Part shown: one piece after another, positions 25,558 through 38,965 of the stretch
Numbering within the stretch: the first letter of the stretch is position 1
How the letters are laid out: each line of letters opens with the position of its first letter
Source of the DNA: Chrysomallon squamiferum
Taxonomy: Eukaryota > Animalia > Mollusca
Length of the DNA stretch: 64,000 nucleotides
NCBI GenBank assembly: GCA_012295275.1
Contig: CM022677.1
Span: 11,284,001 to 11,348,000, forward strand
Direction of reading: 5' to 3'
Program-made: the position numbers and the translations under genes
Notes under the pieces: generated by a model
Seen by the model: the letters and a program-made list of their open reading frames with translations, nothing else
What the model was told of the DNA's origin: nothing
Databases searched by the model: none

Positions 25558-25792
25558 CTTTCAAACTACCATAAAATTCTATGACTATCTATTTTAGTAA
25601 TTTTTCTTGTTAATTGAAAGATTATATTTATTTCAGTCAACTACCAGACTTTGAACATGCACTGGTTATTTAGATGTTATAATTAGAAATGTTGATATTT
25701 CTTAAACTAAATATATATTTTTTTCAATTTGTTTTGTTGCCTTGTTATTCATTATTAATGCAGTTTTCAGATACATTTAAATGAACTGTTAC

Positions 25793-27510
25793 GAATGCAA
25801 TAAACATCACTTCCAAAAACGTTCAACACATTTGTGTATCAGTTTGCCAGAAAATCTTCCGCTTGTAAATGTCACTTGTATGATGAATGTTCACTCGGCC
25901 AGTCAACAAAAAGCCTGGGAACTACTGAATTAATTATCAGCTCGGGAGTGGTGGGTGTTACGGGTTCTTGTTTCACAGAATGATCTGGCGACAGACGTCT
26001 AGCGGCAAGGTTCAACACGTTGTCAAATAACGCGAGTTCCTTTTCTTTCTTACTAAAAGCCCCGAGAACTTTTTGATAGGGCAGAACTGTGGATTAATGT
26101 GACAGATAACAATATTTCTATTCATCTATATTGAATGTTCAGTGCTAGTGCTAAAACAGTTTTTATATTCAGTCGTTTCAGAAAAACATTTGGCTAAATA
26201 AGTCCACACTTCAACACCAACTCTATCTCTAAAAATGTATCCTTTTTCCGAGAACTTCATAATAATTATTGTAAACACTCGTGTGAAAACAACTGTGATT
26301 TCTTCAAGTGAGGATAATGTAAATTCTCTTAACCCACTTGATCGCTGACTAAATCATAAAACAAAATACCTGAATTGATATAAGGAACATGTTTTTATTA
26401 ATTTGCGTACATTTCAATAAAAATATTGAATCCTTTCTTCACATTCAGAGTTTACAAAAGACACTTTACATTTATATTCACAAAATAAACTTAAATAGGA
26501 TAATATTTTCTTTAGTGTATAAAATATTTAAGTTCCACGTACAGTAAAATTACGCATATTTATTATACGATTTAGTATTAGAAAGTAAAATATTACGTTA
26601 CTTCTAATAAAATGAACGTTTCGTATCTTATCTCACGTTAGTTGCACAAAGTTCTGCTGTATATTCATACAGTTCTTTTTATAATATTGTTAATTCAAAA
26701 AGATCACCCGCTGTATTTTCCAAACCAATGTGTTAATATTACCGCTACACCTCTGTTGAGAAACTAATAACATCTAATATAGACAGTGACTGAGGTGGTA
26801 AAATTGTAAGTGTTGTTTTCATAACGCCGTGTAAAGTTAATCCTAGTTTTTCAGTAAAACATGTTTCTGCTGTTTATAAAATGTCACACTAGATGCACTC
26901 TCTTTATTTCTCGATATATTTTTACGTCACATATAAAGTTATCGTTATTTATAAAAAAAAAAACACAAAAAAACAACAACATTATAACACTGAAGCTCCA
27001 TCTATATTTCTGAATATTAACAAGTGAAATCATACCTGTAATTTTCAGAATAATTTGTCATATTGTATTGATATTTATATATTGATTTTCTTTTTCTAGA
27101 CAGGTATGTATTGAAAGGCTGAGGTTACATTGTTAGATAATAGAAAATAATTATTTACATGTGAAGTCATATTCATCTTAATATTTCTAGTTGAGAAGTA
27201 CAGTGAATACTGAGAAATAAAAATATCCCTACCAGATAAAACAATATTTCTTTAGCAGCTGTATTAATGTGATATTTCTCAACGGAATTTGTGTTGTTTA
27301 CTACATTAAGGCAGAATAATTTGTAATCAGCAAACATAACGTATTTACACTGATAATTTTACGGTGCTTAATTTTTGCACATCATCACTGTCTAACTAGT
27401 ATTACTTGTTACTAGCTTGATCCACAGAATATACTGAATGGTATCCTGAAAGATAACAGTGGATTCTTCAATAGTCCAGTCAGGCTGCACGAGACACTTC
27501 ATGTGATCCA
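25793..27510 (-). pseudogene. Decayed coding remnant resembling a BTB/BACK-domain protein (two exon-like blocks, ~27233-27510 and ~25793-26369)
   Basis: GC-richer islands with a plausible GT..AG intron. Fragments: IFQDTIQYI, VEKYHINTAAKEILFYL, YLAKCFLKRLNIKTVLALAL and a ~70-codon open stretch LPYQKVLGAFSKKEKELALFDNVL...PELIINSVVPRLFVDW. Several stops are present. Confidence 0.33.
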
Positions 27511-27519
27511 TAATATATT

Positions 27520-27582
<63 letters not shown>

Positions 27583-27974
27583 TTATTATTATTTTTTTTT
27601 TCTTTTTTCTGAAGACATATCCAAAATCAAATTTATTCGTGTAAACAGCGGTATCCTTAACTAAAATTATCTTCTTATTTTATGATTATGTGATGTTATA
27701 TGATTTATAGTAAAATGCGCTCTTTTTTACAAAATAAACTGATACCTTTATATACATAATGGAATATCATTTAAGTTTTATTTTATTTTTTAATAATAAT
27801 AATTTAAAAAAATAAATTAAATTCTATATTACGCTCTCTATTTCCGAAAATTCAGGTATTCTCTATAATCGATGTTCTTACGTGAAATTATCATTTTAAT
27901 ATATAATTTGATATAATTTGATAGATAATTTATGACGTCAATGTTGCGCCTTCTGACGTGTTCTGCTTCTAGCA

Positions 27975-29680
27975 GACGGTAAGTATCAGGTGATTCGCCT
28001 GCTCAGAAAGTTTGAGAAATGATTCATAAAAAGCGCTAAAGAATAATGAGAAGGACTCTACGAAAGCTAGAAACAACGCCGCTACGACGGCAACGATGGT
28101 CATATTAATAGAAATGGTAATAATACATTAAAGAATAGGATCTGAACTCTAAAAAATGTATTTTTAAATATTATCAGTATATTTTATTATAGATGGGCAC
28201 GGTCAGAAAATAAGAATAACAGCGAATAAAAAACGAAAAGGGACAATGAGGAGTTCACCAAGATGTTAAGAACAATGCTGTAACGACGGCAATGATGGCT
28301 TCATTAATAGAAAGAGTAATGATATGTTTTAGCGTAGGACGTGACACTGATTGCAATAGTTAATAAAAATCAAAAGAATAAGGTGAAATACACCGAGAAC
28401 ATTAAGAACAATTCCGTAACGCCGGTCATAATGGTGTATTAAAAGAGATAACAATAACATATTTTTGTATAGGACGGGCACGGTGAGAGAATAAGAATAA
28501 CAGAGAATAAAAAACGAAAAGAAGTACATCAATAACATTAGGAACAATCCCCGTACCATGGGAACGTCGGCGACATTAATAGAAATCACAACAATATATT
28601 TTAATAGGTGATGCGTCCGCTCAGAAAGAATGAGGAATAATTAGTGAAAAACGCTAAATAATATCCAGAATATATTCTAATATATGATATGCACACTGAG
28701 ATGGTAAGAATAATAGCTAATATAAAGAGTAAGAGAATAATGAAAAACACCAAAATCTTTAGGAATAACCAGTTTACGACGGCAACGACGGTGACATTAA
28801 TAGAAATCGTATTAATAGTTTTTAACGTGAGCTGTGGACACTAAGAAAGTGTGAAAAATAGTTAATAAAAAGGAAAATAATGAGGAGTACACCCAGAATG
28901 TTGAGAACAACGCCGTTATGGCGGCGACATTAATATAAATTACAACAATATATTTTAATAGGTGATGTGCCCGCTGAGAAAGTTTGAGGAATAATTAGTA
29001 AAAAGCGTTAAAGAATAATGAGAAGTATGAATAATAGTTAATAAAAATAAAAAAACAGATTGTGAGAATTAAGTGAAATATGGCAAACACGGAGGCACAC
29101 TGCATCGTATCTGATCATCATCCGAAGGTCAGCGAGTGGAACGTGAAAAGTCTACTCAGCAACCGAACAGAATCAAGAATTATCTTAAACAGCAAGACTC
29201 TGCGCTTTTATTCTTTCATAATACTAATTATGTATTTCAATATATATTAATTCCATAAATATCTCATAAATTAAATGTTTGCATAGTACGGACTTATCAA
29301 GGGTACAAAACTGAAATAATTGTTTCGAGCTACAAAAATTAAAATATTTGACAAATAATAATAATAACAACAAGAACAATAATAATAATCATAATCATAA
29401 AATCAACAAATATTTTATAGTGTTATTCAGTGTTAGTACTAAATACTAATTTTCCTTAAACGTTTTTCTTTCGCGCTCAATGTGAATAGTTACATAAAAT
29501 TATTCACTTCGGACGTTGAAAACAACGCTGTTACGTTGGTAGCGACGGCGACATCAATAGACATATTAATAATATAGGATGTACACAATGAGATGGTAAG
29601 AATAATAGCTGATAAAAAGAGAAAAAGAATAATGATAATTACACCTAGAACAACGACGGCAACTCTATTTTTAACCCTCA
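27975..29680 (+). repeat. Old degenerate ~140-bp tandem repeat (about 7-8 copies)
   Basis: Recurring core gaacaacgccg(t)tacgacggcaacgacgg(t/c)gacattaatagaaat near 28070, 28270, 28405, 28540, 28770, 28905, 29520 and 29650. Confidence 0.75.
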
Positions 29681-29979
29681 CATACTTAAATGAATATCTC
29701 TAACAGTCATATATTTTATTTTATTTATTATTATTGTTATTATAAATATTCGGTTTGTAGTTTCTCTCTTTAACTTTCAAACCTGGCTACGCTTCTGATG
29801 GGTGCTGAGGATATAAAATAGACTTAATTGTATAGTCTACATGTTCATAACTTGAAACCCTGTACTTACGTTTTACTAAGTCTCATACGCCAGTCGTGAG
29901 ATACAGTTTAATTAGTGAAAACAGAAAATGATGCTGCCCGACTGAAATAACAATGTAAGAACAAATTCAGGTAATTGTT

Positions 29980-30014
<35 letters not shown>

Positions 30015-30611
30015 TACATTACGATAATCAACATTAATTTCTACAAATAAAAATGAAATAGATATTCTGCAAAATAATGTGACATCGAAATCCTGAAATT
30101 CTTTGAGTGAGGGTCTAGGGGAAGTAACTCTAAATAATAACAACGACAATCCCGCTAAGATACGAGTTTGTAACTTGAAAAATAATAAGAAAAACCAGAA
30201 ATAATTGTCTTTGGATGGAAAGTAAAATGTAGAAGCCAACTTCTATAGTATCTAAGTTTATATATTTTATCTACTCATAATGACGTTAATTGAATTCTTG
30301 ATTGAAAGTAAAATGTAGAAGCCAATTTGTATCTAAGTTTATATATTTTATCTACCTGAATGTTGTTTTCTGCTGGTTCTGACATGGGGAATATTGCTAA
30401 TTAGAAAATTTAATACATTCATCTTTTACCGAATTATAATTTTAGTTTATTATGCATAAAAATAATCCAGTTTAAAAAGTTTGTTTAAGTTGAAAAGGCG
30501 CGTTACATCAAGGTTTGGTAATATGAACAGCCATCTTTATCTTTTTTCAGTGTAAGTCATAAAAAGTTCAGAAAACAGATGTAAAATAATTGAATTTGGA
30601 AATATAAAAAC

Positions 30612-30838
30612 TTCCGTGAGCTCACGGAAACCTCCGATCAAAATCCAAGATGGCAGCGTCGAACGCCGATCAGTGTTTACAAACTTTTAAACACGTATTC
30701 CTTTATAACGCAATCAATTCTGTTCAAAGTAATTTGGAGAAATATGGCATTTAATTAAATAGTCGATGTCTATTATTGAGTATAAACTGCTGCAAAGGCA
30801 GAAACCTTTTTTCTTTTCTTTTGGTAACTTTGACGTCA
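30612..30838 (+). promoter_or_regulatory. Candidate core promoter: 18-bp perfect palindrome, YY1-type motif and CRE
   Basis: ttccgtgagctcacggaa (30612-30629), CAAGATGGC (30646-30654) and TGACGTCA (30831-30838) in a locally CpG-containing patch upstream of plus-strand exon-like blocks. Confidence 0.4.
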
Positions 30839-32301
30839 TACCATATCGAACCCGTTTCGTACTATATATATATATATATATATTTTTTTTTTTCAGATAT
30901 TGCTATCGTTCCTGTTGGTCCATGCTAATTATAATTTTTTGGTAATATGAGTATGACCATCTAAAATTATATTTGTTTATGTTGTTGTTTCTTAAATTGA
31001 CTGTCATCTGCCTGTTTAACAGAGTTGTTGCTATCAAACATAAACAAGAACGCAGATTAGCTCATCTATATTTCAGTAAAAGAAATGTTCTAATAATTTA
31101 TAATAATTATTATTATTATCATGATGATTATTATGATTATGATTATTGTTATTTAAATTTGATATTGATACTACTACAACTACTAATAACAATAATAATA
31201 ATCATCATTTCTTTTCATTTTTTATTTTCTTTAAAGTTATTTTGTTTATTTTTTTAACCTATTTACCATGATTATTGTTTCTTGTTATTTTTCTACATTG
31301 TTATTTCTTCAAACTCTTCTTTTTCTTATTGTCTGTTTTTCTTGTCTGTATATATTTTCAGTTATTTTAATGATAAGCAAGATTTTTTTAATATACAATT
31401 TACTTATTATTTTTCAGTCTCCCAGTTTCTGTATAGTTCTTTTTATTCTTTCTTTTTGTTTCTTTATATTTTAAATTCTTAATTTTTATTTTAATGAATT
31501 TTATTGTTTATTTATTATTTTGTTTTTTATTTTTTGTTTTTGTTTTTCAAACTACTGACCATTCTTATTCTTGTTAATTTTCTTCTTCATTCTTTTTTGT
31601 TTCTTATTCTTCATTTCCTAGTGTCTGTGTATTCTTTTATGTTACCATTATTTGTTATTTACTTATTTTGTCCTGACATTACTTAAATTATACAATATTA
31701 TTTCTTTTAATTCTTCAGTTGTCTTTCTTTTATCATTTTAATTTCTTTTGTTTTGTTTTTTAATTTTGTTCTCCTGCTCATTTTATTTGAAGAATTAGAA
31801 TTATTTTCTTTTATTATTATGTATGTGTATGTATTTATATTATTATTATAATTTTAATTTAATTTATATTTGATTTATGTATTTATTTATTTTTTTTTTT
31901 TTTTTATTCAGTGGGGAGCAGACTTTTTTTTAGTGTTTTAATAAAACAAATTACCTAGTAATATCGCAGAGAATTAATATTTCTGTTACTAGTGTAGATG
32001 TCCTGTCTTCCTAAGTAAAAACCTGTTTCCATTATTTCTTGTGTTTGCTGAACAAACCCAAACAGTAATGAAGTTGAAAACTTGTCAATATATTTTGTTT
32101 TCTGAAAATTATTATTAGTAGTAATTTTTTTAGATCCGGTATTATAATGATAACTTGTTTATTACTATTAGTGTCTTTTAAATAGTTACCAATAAATATT
32201 TGTATTTATATTCACTTAATGTTTTCTCTTAATTTCAAGGTCTGCCCTCTGTTTATATATATAATTCTTTTTATTTCTAATTTTTTTTTTTTTTTCTATA
32301 G

Positions 32302-33703
32302 AACTGACATAGGTTTCACATCACTGAAAAAGAAACAGCAGTTGGCAACAACAACACCAGTACCACCATTAGACTGAGACAAACTGACATCACCACACCA
32401 AACACTGAAAACTCAAACTCTGTGCCAAGGAAGATCCAGACACACTAGAAAAGAAACCAGAAACACCACCACCCATTGGGAGAGGTACTTTGGTAAAAAA
32501 TAATGTCTAAGAAAGAAAGGGAACAGAAAAAGTTTGATCATGTGACTCAACTGACTAATCTTCTTGTGAAACTGGAGTTTTTGTTGAAAGCAGCCAGACC
32601 AAGACTTAAACAGCCACAAGCTTTAACACCAACATATCCACTTAGACACATTTCAAATCTTTGAAAAACATTCAGGTAAATATGTCTGTAAATATGTCTT
32701 AGTCTATCTGTCTGTTTCTCTTTCTACCTCCCTATTTATTTATTTGATTTCTATCTCTGCTTCTCTGTTTGTCTGAATTTCTTTTCTTGAAAATGTGCAG
32801 CTAAATATGTTTATCTTTCTTACTATGTCTCTAATTACTATATACTTATTTGTTTTTCTGTCTCTACCTTTATATATCATTTCTTATTTGTTCCTAATTA
32901 TCATGTTTTTAGTTTTCTTTCTTTTTTGTTATTTTCTTTCTTTACATTTTTTAAAAATTATTTTCAAAGTTATTATCTTTCTGTAAGTTCTCTTTTGATA
33001 ATTCTGAACATAAATAGCTTTAGAATCAGTAATTTAAATAATTTTTTATTTATTTATAGTTTTAATTTATAAAAATGCTCTTAAAACAAGTTTTAGTAGA
33101 CAGTTGATTAGTTAATTTATCTTTATATATCATTTCTTATTTGTTTCTAATTATAATTTTTTTAGTTTTCTTTTGTTTTTCTTCCTTTCTTTTCTTTATG
33201 TTTTTAAAAATTATTTTCAAAGTTGTAAAAACAAGTTTTAGTAGACAGTTGATTAGTTTATTTATTTTTATTTCTTTATAAATCGTTCTGCCTATCGTCT
33301 GTCTATCTATTTGATGTATATGTATCTATCTATCTATTATTTATTGATTTTCTTATTTGTTTTAATTTATTTAAAGTCAGTGTAATATCAGTGATGTTGT
33401 TCTAAAGATTTGTGTACTGCAGTCACAGAAAATTATTCTCTGAACTTAATAACTGCAGCAATCAGGTGGGTGTGTCAGTAACAAGTCAATCAGAATTCAG
33501 CCTGATTAACCAATCAGACTATAGATAGAGATTAACCAATGAAACCAAAGAATGATTAACCAACCAATCTTCAGAGAGAGATCAGCCAATCAGAATTAAT
33601 TAGCTCAATATTATTTTTGTACACACCATGCTTATTTTAATCACTGACATTAAATTATTTTCTGCTTATGTAGATTCTACACATTGTGAATTACTATTAT
33701 TTA

Positions 33704-33734
<31 letters not shown>

Positions 33735-34432
33735 GTTATTGTTTTTATTTGTTTTTATTACAAGCTGGGATCACTAAATCATGTACTCAGTTTTTGTCCG
33801 ATGTTTTCAATCATCCAAGATGACAGCTTTTTACCTGATGATGCAAAACTTAATAACCAAACACTTAAAGTTGATGGTTGATGTAGATATGTAATATATA
33901 TTATTCTCTATCTCTCTCACTCTCTGTGAATATGTGGTGTGTATGTGTATGTATATATATATATATATATATACATACACACACGTGTATTTCATTCTGT
34001 AACTATCTAGGTTTGACAAATTAGTTATTATTATATTTTTTCTACTTTTATTTCCTTTTTCTGCTGATAGTTAAGGTTTCTTAATACTGTTTTTCACTTA
34101 TTCCAGATATTCCAGATTCCAAATCTGTAACAAGTTCTATACAGGAATTAAGACTGAACTCCAGTTGTTTAACCAACAAGCTGTTTGAGTTTCCATGGAA
34201 AACTCCTTTCTTTGAAAGATGTGGACATTGGAAACTGTTCTGATCTTTAATTAAACTTACTTTACATAACTTTTGTCTAAATTTTATAAATTTTTCTAAT
34301 ATTTGAAAAATTATTCTGTATATAATCCTTATCTTTCTGTATCTGACAGAGACAATTTCGTTAAACCATATGCCAAGAATATCTAACTCTGTATGTGTGT
34401 ATGTGTGTGTGTATCAGCAATAGTGATAATAG

Positions 34433-34477
<45 letters not shown>

Positions 34478-36048
34478 TAATAGTGATAACTGCTACTCTG
34501 ATGTGTGCATGAGTGTGTGTGTTTGAGTGTATCAGAAATAGTGATAACTGCTACTCTGATAATAGTATGTGTGTGTGTATATCAGAAATAGTGATAACTG
34601 CTACACTGATAATAATGTGTGTGTGAGTGTGTGCATGTATGTGTACATGTTTGTGTGTGTGTGAGTGTGTCAGCAATAGTGATAATTACAACTCTGATAA
34701 TAGTATATGTGTGTGTTTGAGTGTATCAGACATAGTGATAACTACTACTCTGATAATGGTATGTGTGTGTGTTTGTATGAGTGTATCAGCAATCAACTCT
34801 GATAATATATATGTGTGTGTTTGAATGTATCAGACATAGTGATAACTACTACTCTGATAATGGTGTGTGTGTGTGTTTGTGTAAGTGTATCAGCAATAGT
34901 GATAATTGCTACCTCTCATAATAGTGTGTGTGTGTGTGTGTGTCAGCAATAGTGATAATTGCTACTCTGGTAATAGCGTTTCCATCTGTCAATCAGCAGT
35001 AGTGAAAATTGCTACTCTGATAAAAGTATGTGTGTATGTGAGTATATCAGCAATAGTGATAACTGCTACACTGATAAATGTGTGTGTGTTTGTATCAGCA
35101 CTGTGATAATTCCTGTAATAGTGTTTCCATCTGATAAGTAGTGATGCTACTCTGATAATAGTATTTGTTTGTGCTTAGGAGTCTGTGTGTGTATCACCAA
35201 TAGTGATATCTGCTACTCTATTAATAGTATATGTGTGTGTGTTTGTGTTTGAGTATATCAGCAATAGTGATAATTGCTACTCTGATAATAGTGTGTGCAT
35301 GTGTATCAGCAATAGTGATAATTGCTACTCTGATATTAGTATGTGTGTGTGTGTGTGTGAGTATATCAGCAATAGTGATAATTGCTTCTCTGATACTAGT
35401 GTATGTGTGTGTATATCAGCAATAGTGATTATTGCTACACAGGTAATACGTGTATCAGCAAAAGAGATCATTTCTACTACTCAGTGTGTATGTGTGCATG
35501 AGTGAGTGCGTGTGTATCAGCAATAGTGATACTTGCTACTCTGATAACAGTGTGTGTGTTTGTGTGTGTATTAAGAAATATTTGGTTATCAGTTTATATG
35601 TTTAAATGCTTTGTAGAAAATACTCAGGCCTGTTTTATTTAAATTTAAGATTGAAACTGACGGTGTCTTTAGTCTTTGTTTATACCACCAAGGGACACAA
35701 GTCTGAGTTAAACAGCTTGAGTGGAAACTCATTAGGTAATAAATTATTTTTTGATTTTTCAGAAAATATTAATTTTTTTAATTCAAAATATTGAAATAGA
35801 AGCGTGCATATTGTTTGAGATTTGTTCTGTTTAATTTTATTACTATACCTACACAGGCGGAAAAATAACACATCTGAATAGCATCTTGTAAATACAATAG
35901 TTTTCAGTTCTTTATTATTTGTAACAGAGATGTAATTAGCAACAAAAACATCAGCAGCAACATGTAACATGGTAGTGACAGTAGCAGCTATGATGTAGCT
36001 ATAGTAATAATAACAGCTATTACTGTATCAAAACATCTAGAAAGAGTA

Positions 36049-36102
<54 letters not shown>

Positions 36103-37056
36103 GCTAACATTGTAGGATAGAGATAATAAAAGCTAATGTGAAGCTGTAGTTATAGTAGGTAGTAGTACCAGGGAGTAGTAATAATAACTAGTTTAGTAAT
36201 ACTACTGCATCTACTACTGCCTACTATAACTACAGCTACACATTAGCTTTTATTATCACTATTCTAATAGTAGTAGTAGTAATAATAATAATAGCAGCTA
36301 TGTAGTTTTAATAGAGTGCAGTAGGAACAGCAGCTGTAGTTGCAATAGTCATAGTAGTAGTTCCTGCTTCCTTAGATTTTAAATTTAAGTTTTTAAAATA
36401 TTTTGTATTATCCTTCAGTGACTGACAGTGTTGTATCTTAACAACTAGAAGAAAAATTTACAAGAAAATGAAATAGAAGAACTTTCCACAAAGTTGGATG
36501 CTGCAATTGGTAATAAATAAATTTATTTAACAAAAAAAGAACAATAAAAATAAAAATAATAAAAAAGAAACAATAATAATACAAAATAAATAAGTAAATA
36601 AATAAATAACTAGCCTGAACCTAACCCTAACACTAGTCCTAGCCCTAATCCTAACCCTAACTCTAATCTAAGTTAATCCAATGGTAAAAATAAGAAAGAA
36701 GAAGGAATACTAAATAAAAAGTTTTATTATTGTTAATGCTGTTGTTGCATTGTTTTCTTTTTAAATTATTTATAAGGTTTCACTGTCAAGAATTCAGGGG
36801 AGAAAACTGAATCATCTTGTAATTGTCTCTTCAGCTTCCTGATTAAACTGACAGCACTTGGAGGACATCCTGGTAAACAGTTAGTGTTATTTTTTTATTT
36901 TAACATTTATATGGTTCATACTTATTGAAATTTGTCATTTATTTATTTGTTTATCTTCCTCTAGGAATGCTGGGTAATATGATGCGCTGTCCAGCCATTC
37001 TCACAGATAAAGGAAACAGTCAACTTCTGACACTGCAGCCATGTTGAAAGGTCATG
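32302..37056 (+). pseudogene. Unidentified multi-exon unit (decayed gene or spliced lncRNA); exon-like blocks 32302-32675, 33408-33465, 34107-?, 36419-36509, 36777-36872, 36965-37056
   Basis: GC-richer blocks bounded by polypyrimidine-AG and GTAA/GTGG/GTGAGT. Translations look protein-like but contain stops (...*KIMSKKEREQKKFDHVTQLTNLL...; KNLQENEIEELSTKLDAAI|GFTVKNSGEKTESSCNCLFSFLIKLTALGGHP). Confidence 0.5.
34390..35570 (+). repeat. Compound minisatellite: ~35-bp core plus variable (GT)n spacer, about 20 units
   Basis: Core atcagcaatagtgataa(c/t)tgctactctgataatagt alternates with GT runs of variable length. Confidence 0.93.
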
Positions 37057-37177
37057 GTGAGTGATTATATAGTATGTAGTAGTGTAGTAATAACAGTTCA
37101 CAGCTATCTGTCTACCTGTCTATCTTTCTATATATCTGTAATAATAAACATCACATTCTCTTTATTTATGAATATTT

Positions 37178-37377
37178 NNNNNNNNNNNNNNNNNNNNNNN
37201 NNNNNNNNNNNNNNNNNNNNNNNNNNNNNNNNNNNNNNNNNNNNNNNNNNNNNNNNNNNNNNNNNNNNNNNNNNNNNNNNNNNNNNNNNNNNNNNNNNNN
37301 NNNNNNNNNNNNNNNNNNNNNNNNNNNNNNNNNNNNNNNNNNNNNNNNNNNNNNNNNNNNNNNNNNNNNNNNNNNNN
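37178..37377. other. Assembly gap (200 N)
   Basis: Run of N. Confidence 1.
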
Positions 37378-38965
37378 GACATATAATACCTTATTGGTAT
37401 AAAACAAGCAAGTACTAAGCCAGATGACTGGAATTACCAGACAGATTTGTCGGATATAAAATCAAAATCTCAAAAAGGCGAAACTCTTAACAATGCATAT
37501 AATCTCATACATCCCAAGATGTTCACCGTTGGATATGAACCTACTGACGATTAATTAATATTGCATTAGAGAACGATCGAGAATATTTTTAACAAACACA
37601 ATAATAACATTGATGATAATACGTTTGAAGGCAGAAACAGTTACTTTCGAGACAATTTTGACGATAGTCGATCTGTTTGGAACACAACATCCTATTCTAA
37701 ATGATGATCCAATGATCAGTGGAGCAACCTCAGATAAGATAGATTATGTTATCATATCAAGTGATGAAGATAACAATGATGAAGTCGAGAAATATAATCC
37801 ATCTCAGGACCTATTCATTAAAGACAGCAATCTCAAAAGATAAATGTTCTCAATCACAAGGTTAAAAGCGCAAAACGTGATGATAATTCAGATGATGAAA
37901 TTGATCCACACTTCATTACAGTGGGAAGAGAACCAGAGTTCCTGAAACCAAAAAGATTCAAATATTACATACCGGAAACCCAACCCTTCCTTGATATGTT
38001 TACGCAAACTATCTTGGAAACTCAGATTGAATCTTTTAACAAGCATAAATCAGACAATTGAACTGAAATACAAACGTTACTTAAAACTATAATTAAGTTA
38101 TTAATGTTATGAAGTTTATATAAATGTTTAAATAAATAAAATATAATATTAAAAATGATTATTAATTGTTAAAAATGTAATCATTAAATCAATAAATATA
38201 TAACGTTATTAATTGTTTGTGGTTATTTATTATTTAATATTAATAACGAAATATTACTTATCGTCTGTCATATTAAAATAATGACGTCATATTAACATAT
38301 TAAGTATAATGACGTCAATATATTAATAACATAATAAATTAAATTAATGACGTCATATCGTCATAATCATATTATTATTTACAATAACGTCAATATATTA
38401 AATAAATATTAATATGTGACGTCATACTCTTCAAAATAAAAGGTGGGTGTTAAAATCAAGACGTGATAGATTTCAACTAAACTCTTGTTTACTGTTAAAA
38501 AACAAAGTTCCACTATTAGCTGGCTTTCTAGCTTTGGTGTAAAAGTGTAAAAGTACATTATGGCCAAAAAGCCCAAAAAGCCAGATCATGAGGAACTTTG
38601 TTTTTTTTTACATTAACAAGAGTTAGGTTGAAATCTATCAGGTCATTTTATTCTTCACCCCCCCACCATATTTTTAATTTTGAAGAGTATGACGTCATAT
38701 CCGTAATATCACGTGATATATAATATATAATATAACTATATGTATATATTTTTCATTTTTCTGTTTGTTGATGATGTGTTAGGATGTTTACAGCTTTGGG
38801 AATTATATCTACTGAAATAATAGAATTTGCTTTTGATACATCTGTTGAATTAACGACATCAGCTATAATAGATTCTACAGTACCAGCTATTGCTGAAATT
38901 GGTGGGGGTGAAGAATAAAAATGACCTGATAGATTTCAACCTAACTCTTGTTATTGTAAAAAAAT
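37378..38965. mobile_element. Possible Polinton/virus-like relic: decayed acidic ORF, TGACGTCA cluster and foldback arms
   Basis: Intronless coding-like sequence with stops (37378-38060). TGACGTCA occurs at ~38282, 38310, 38348, 38417 and 38690. Inverted arms lie at 38417-38527 vs 38577-38697, with a third arm at 38901-38963. No hallmark protein motif was recognised. Confidence 0.3.

Noticed and set aside
37054-37407. ORFs spanning the N run
   Set aside because: Artefacts of ambiguous bases.
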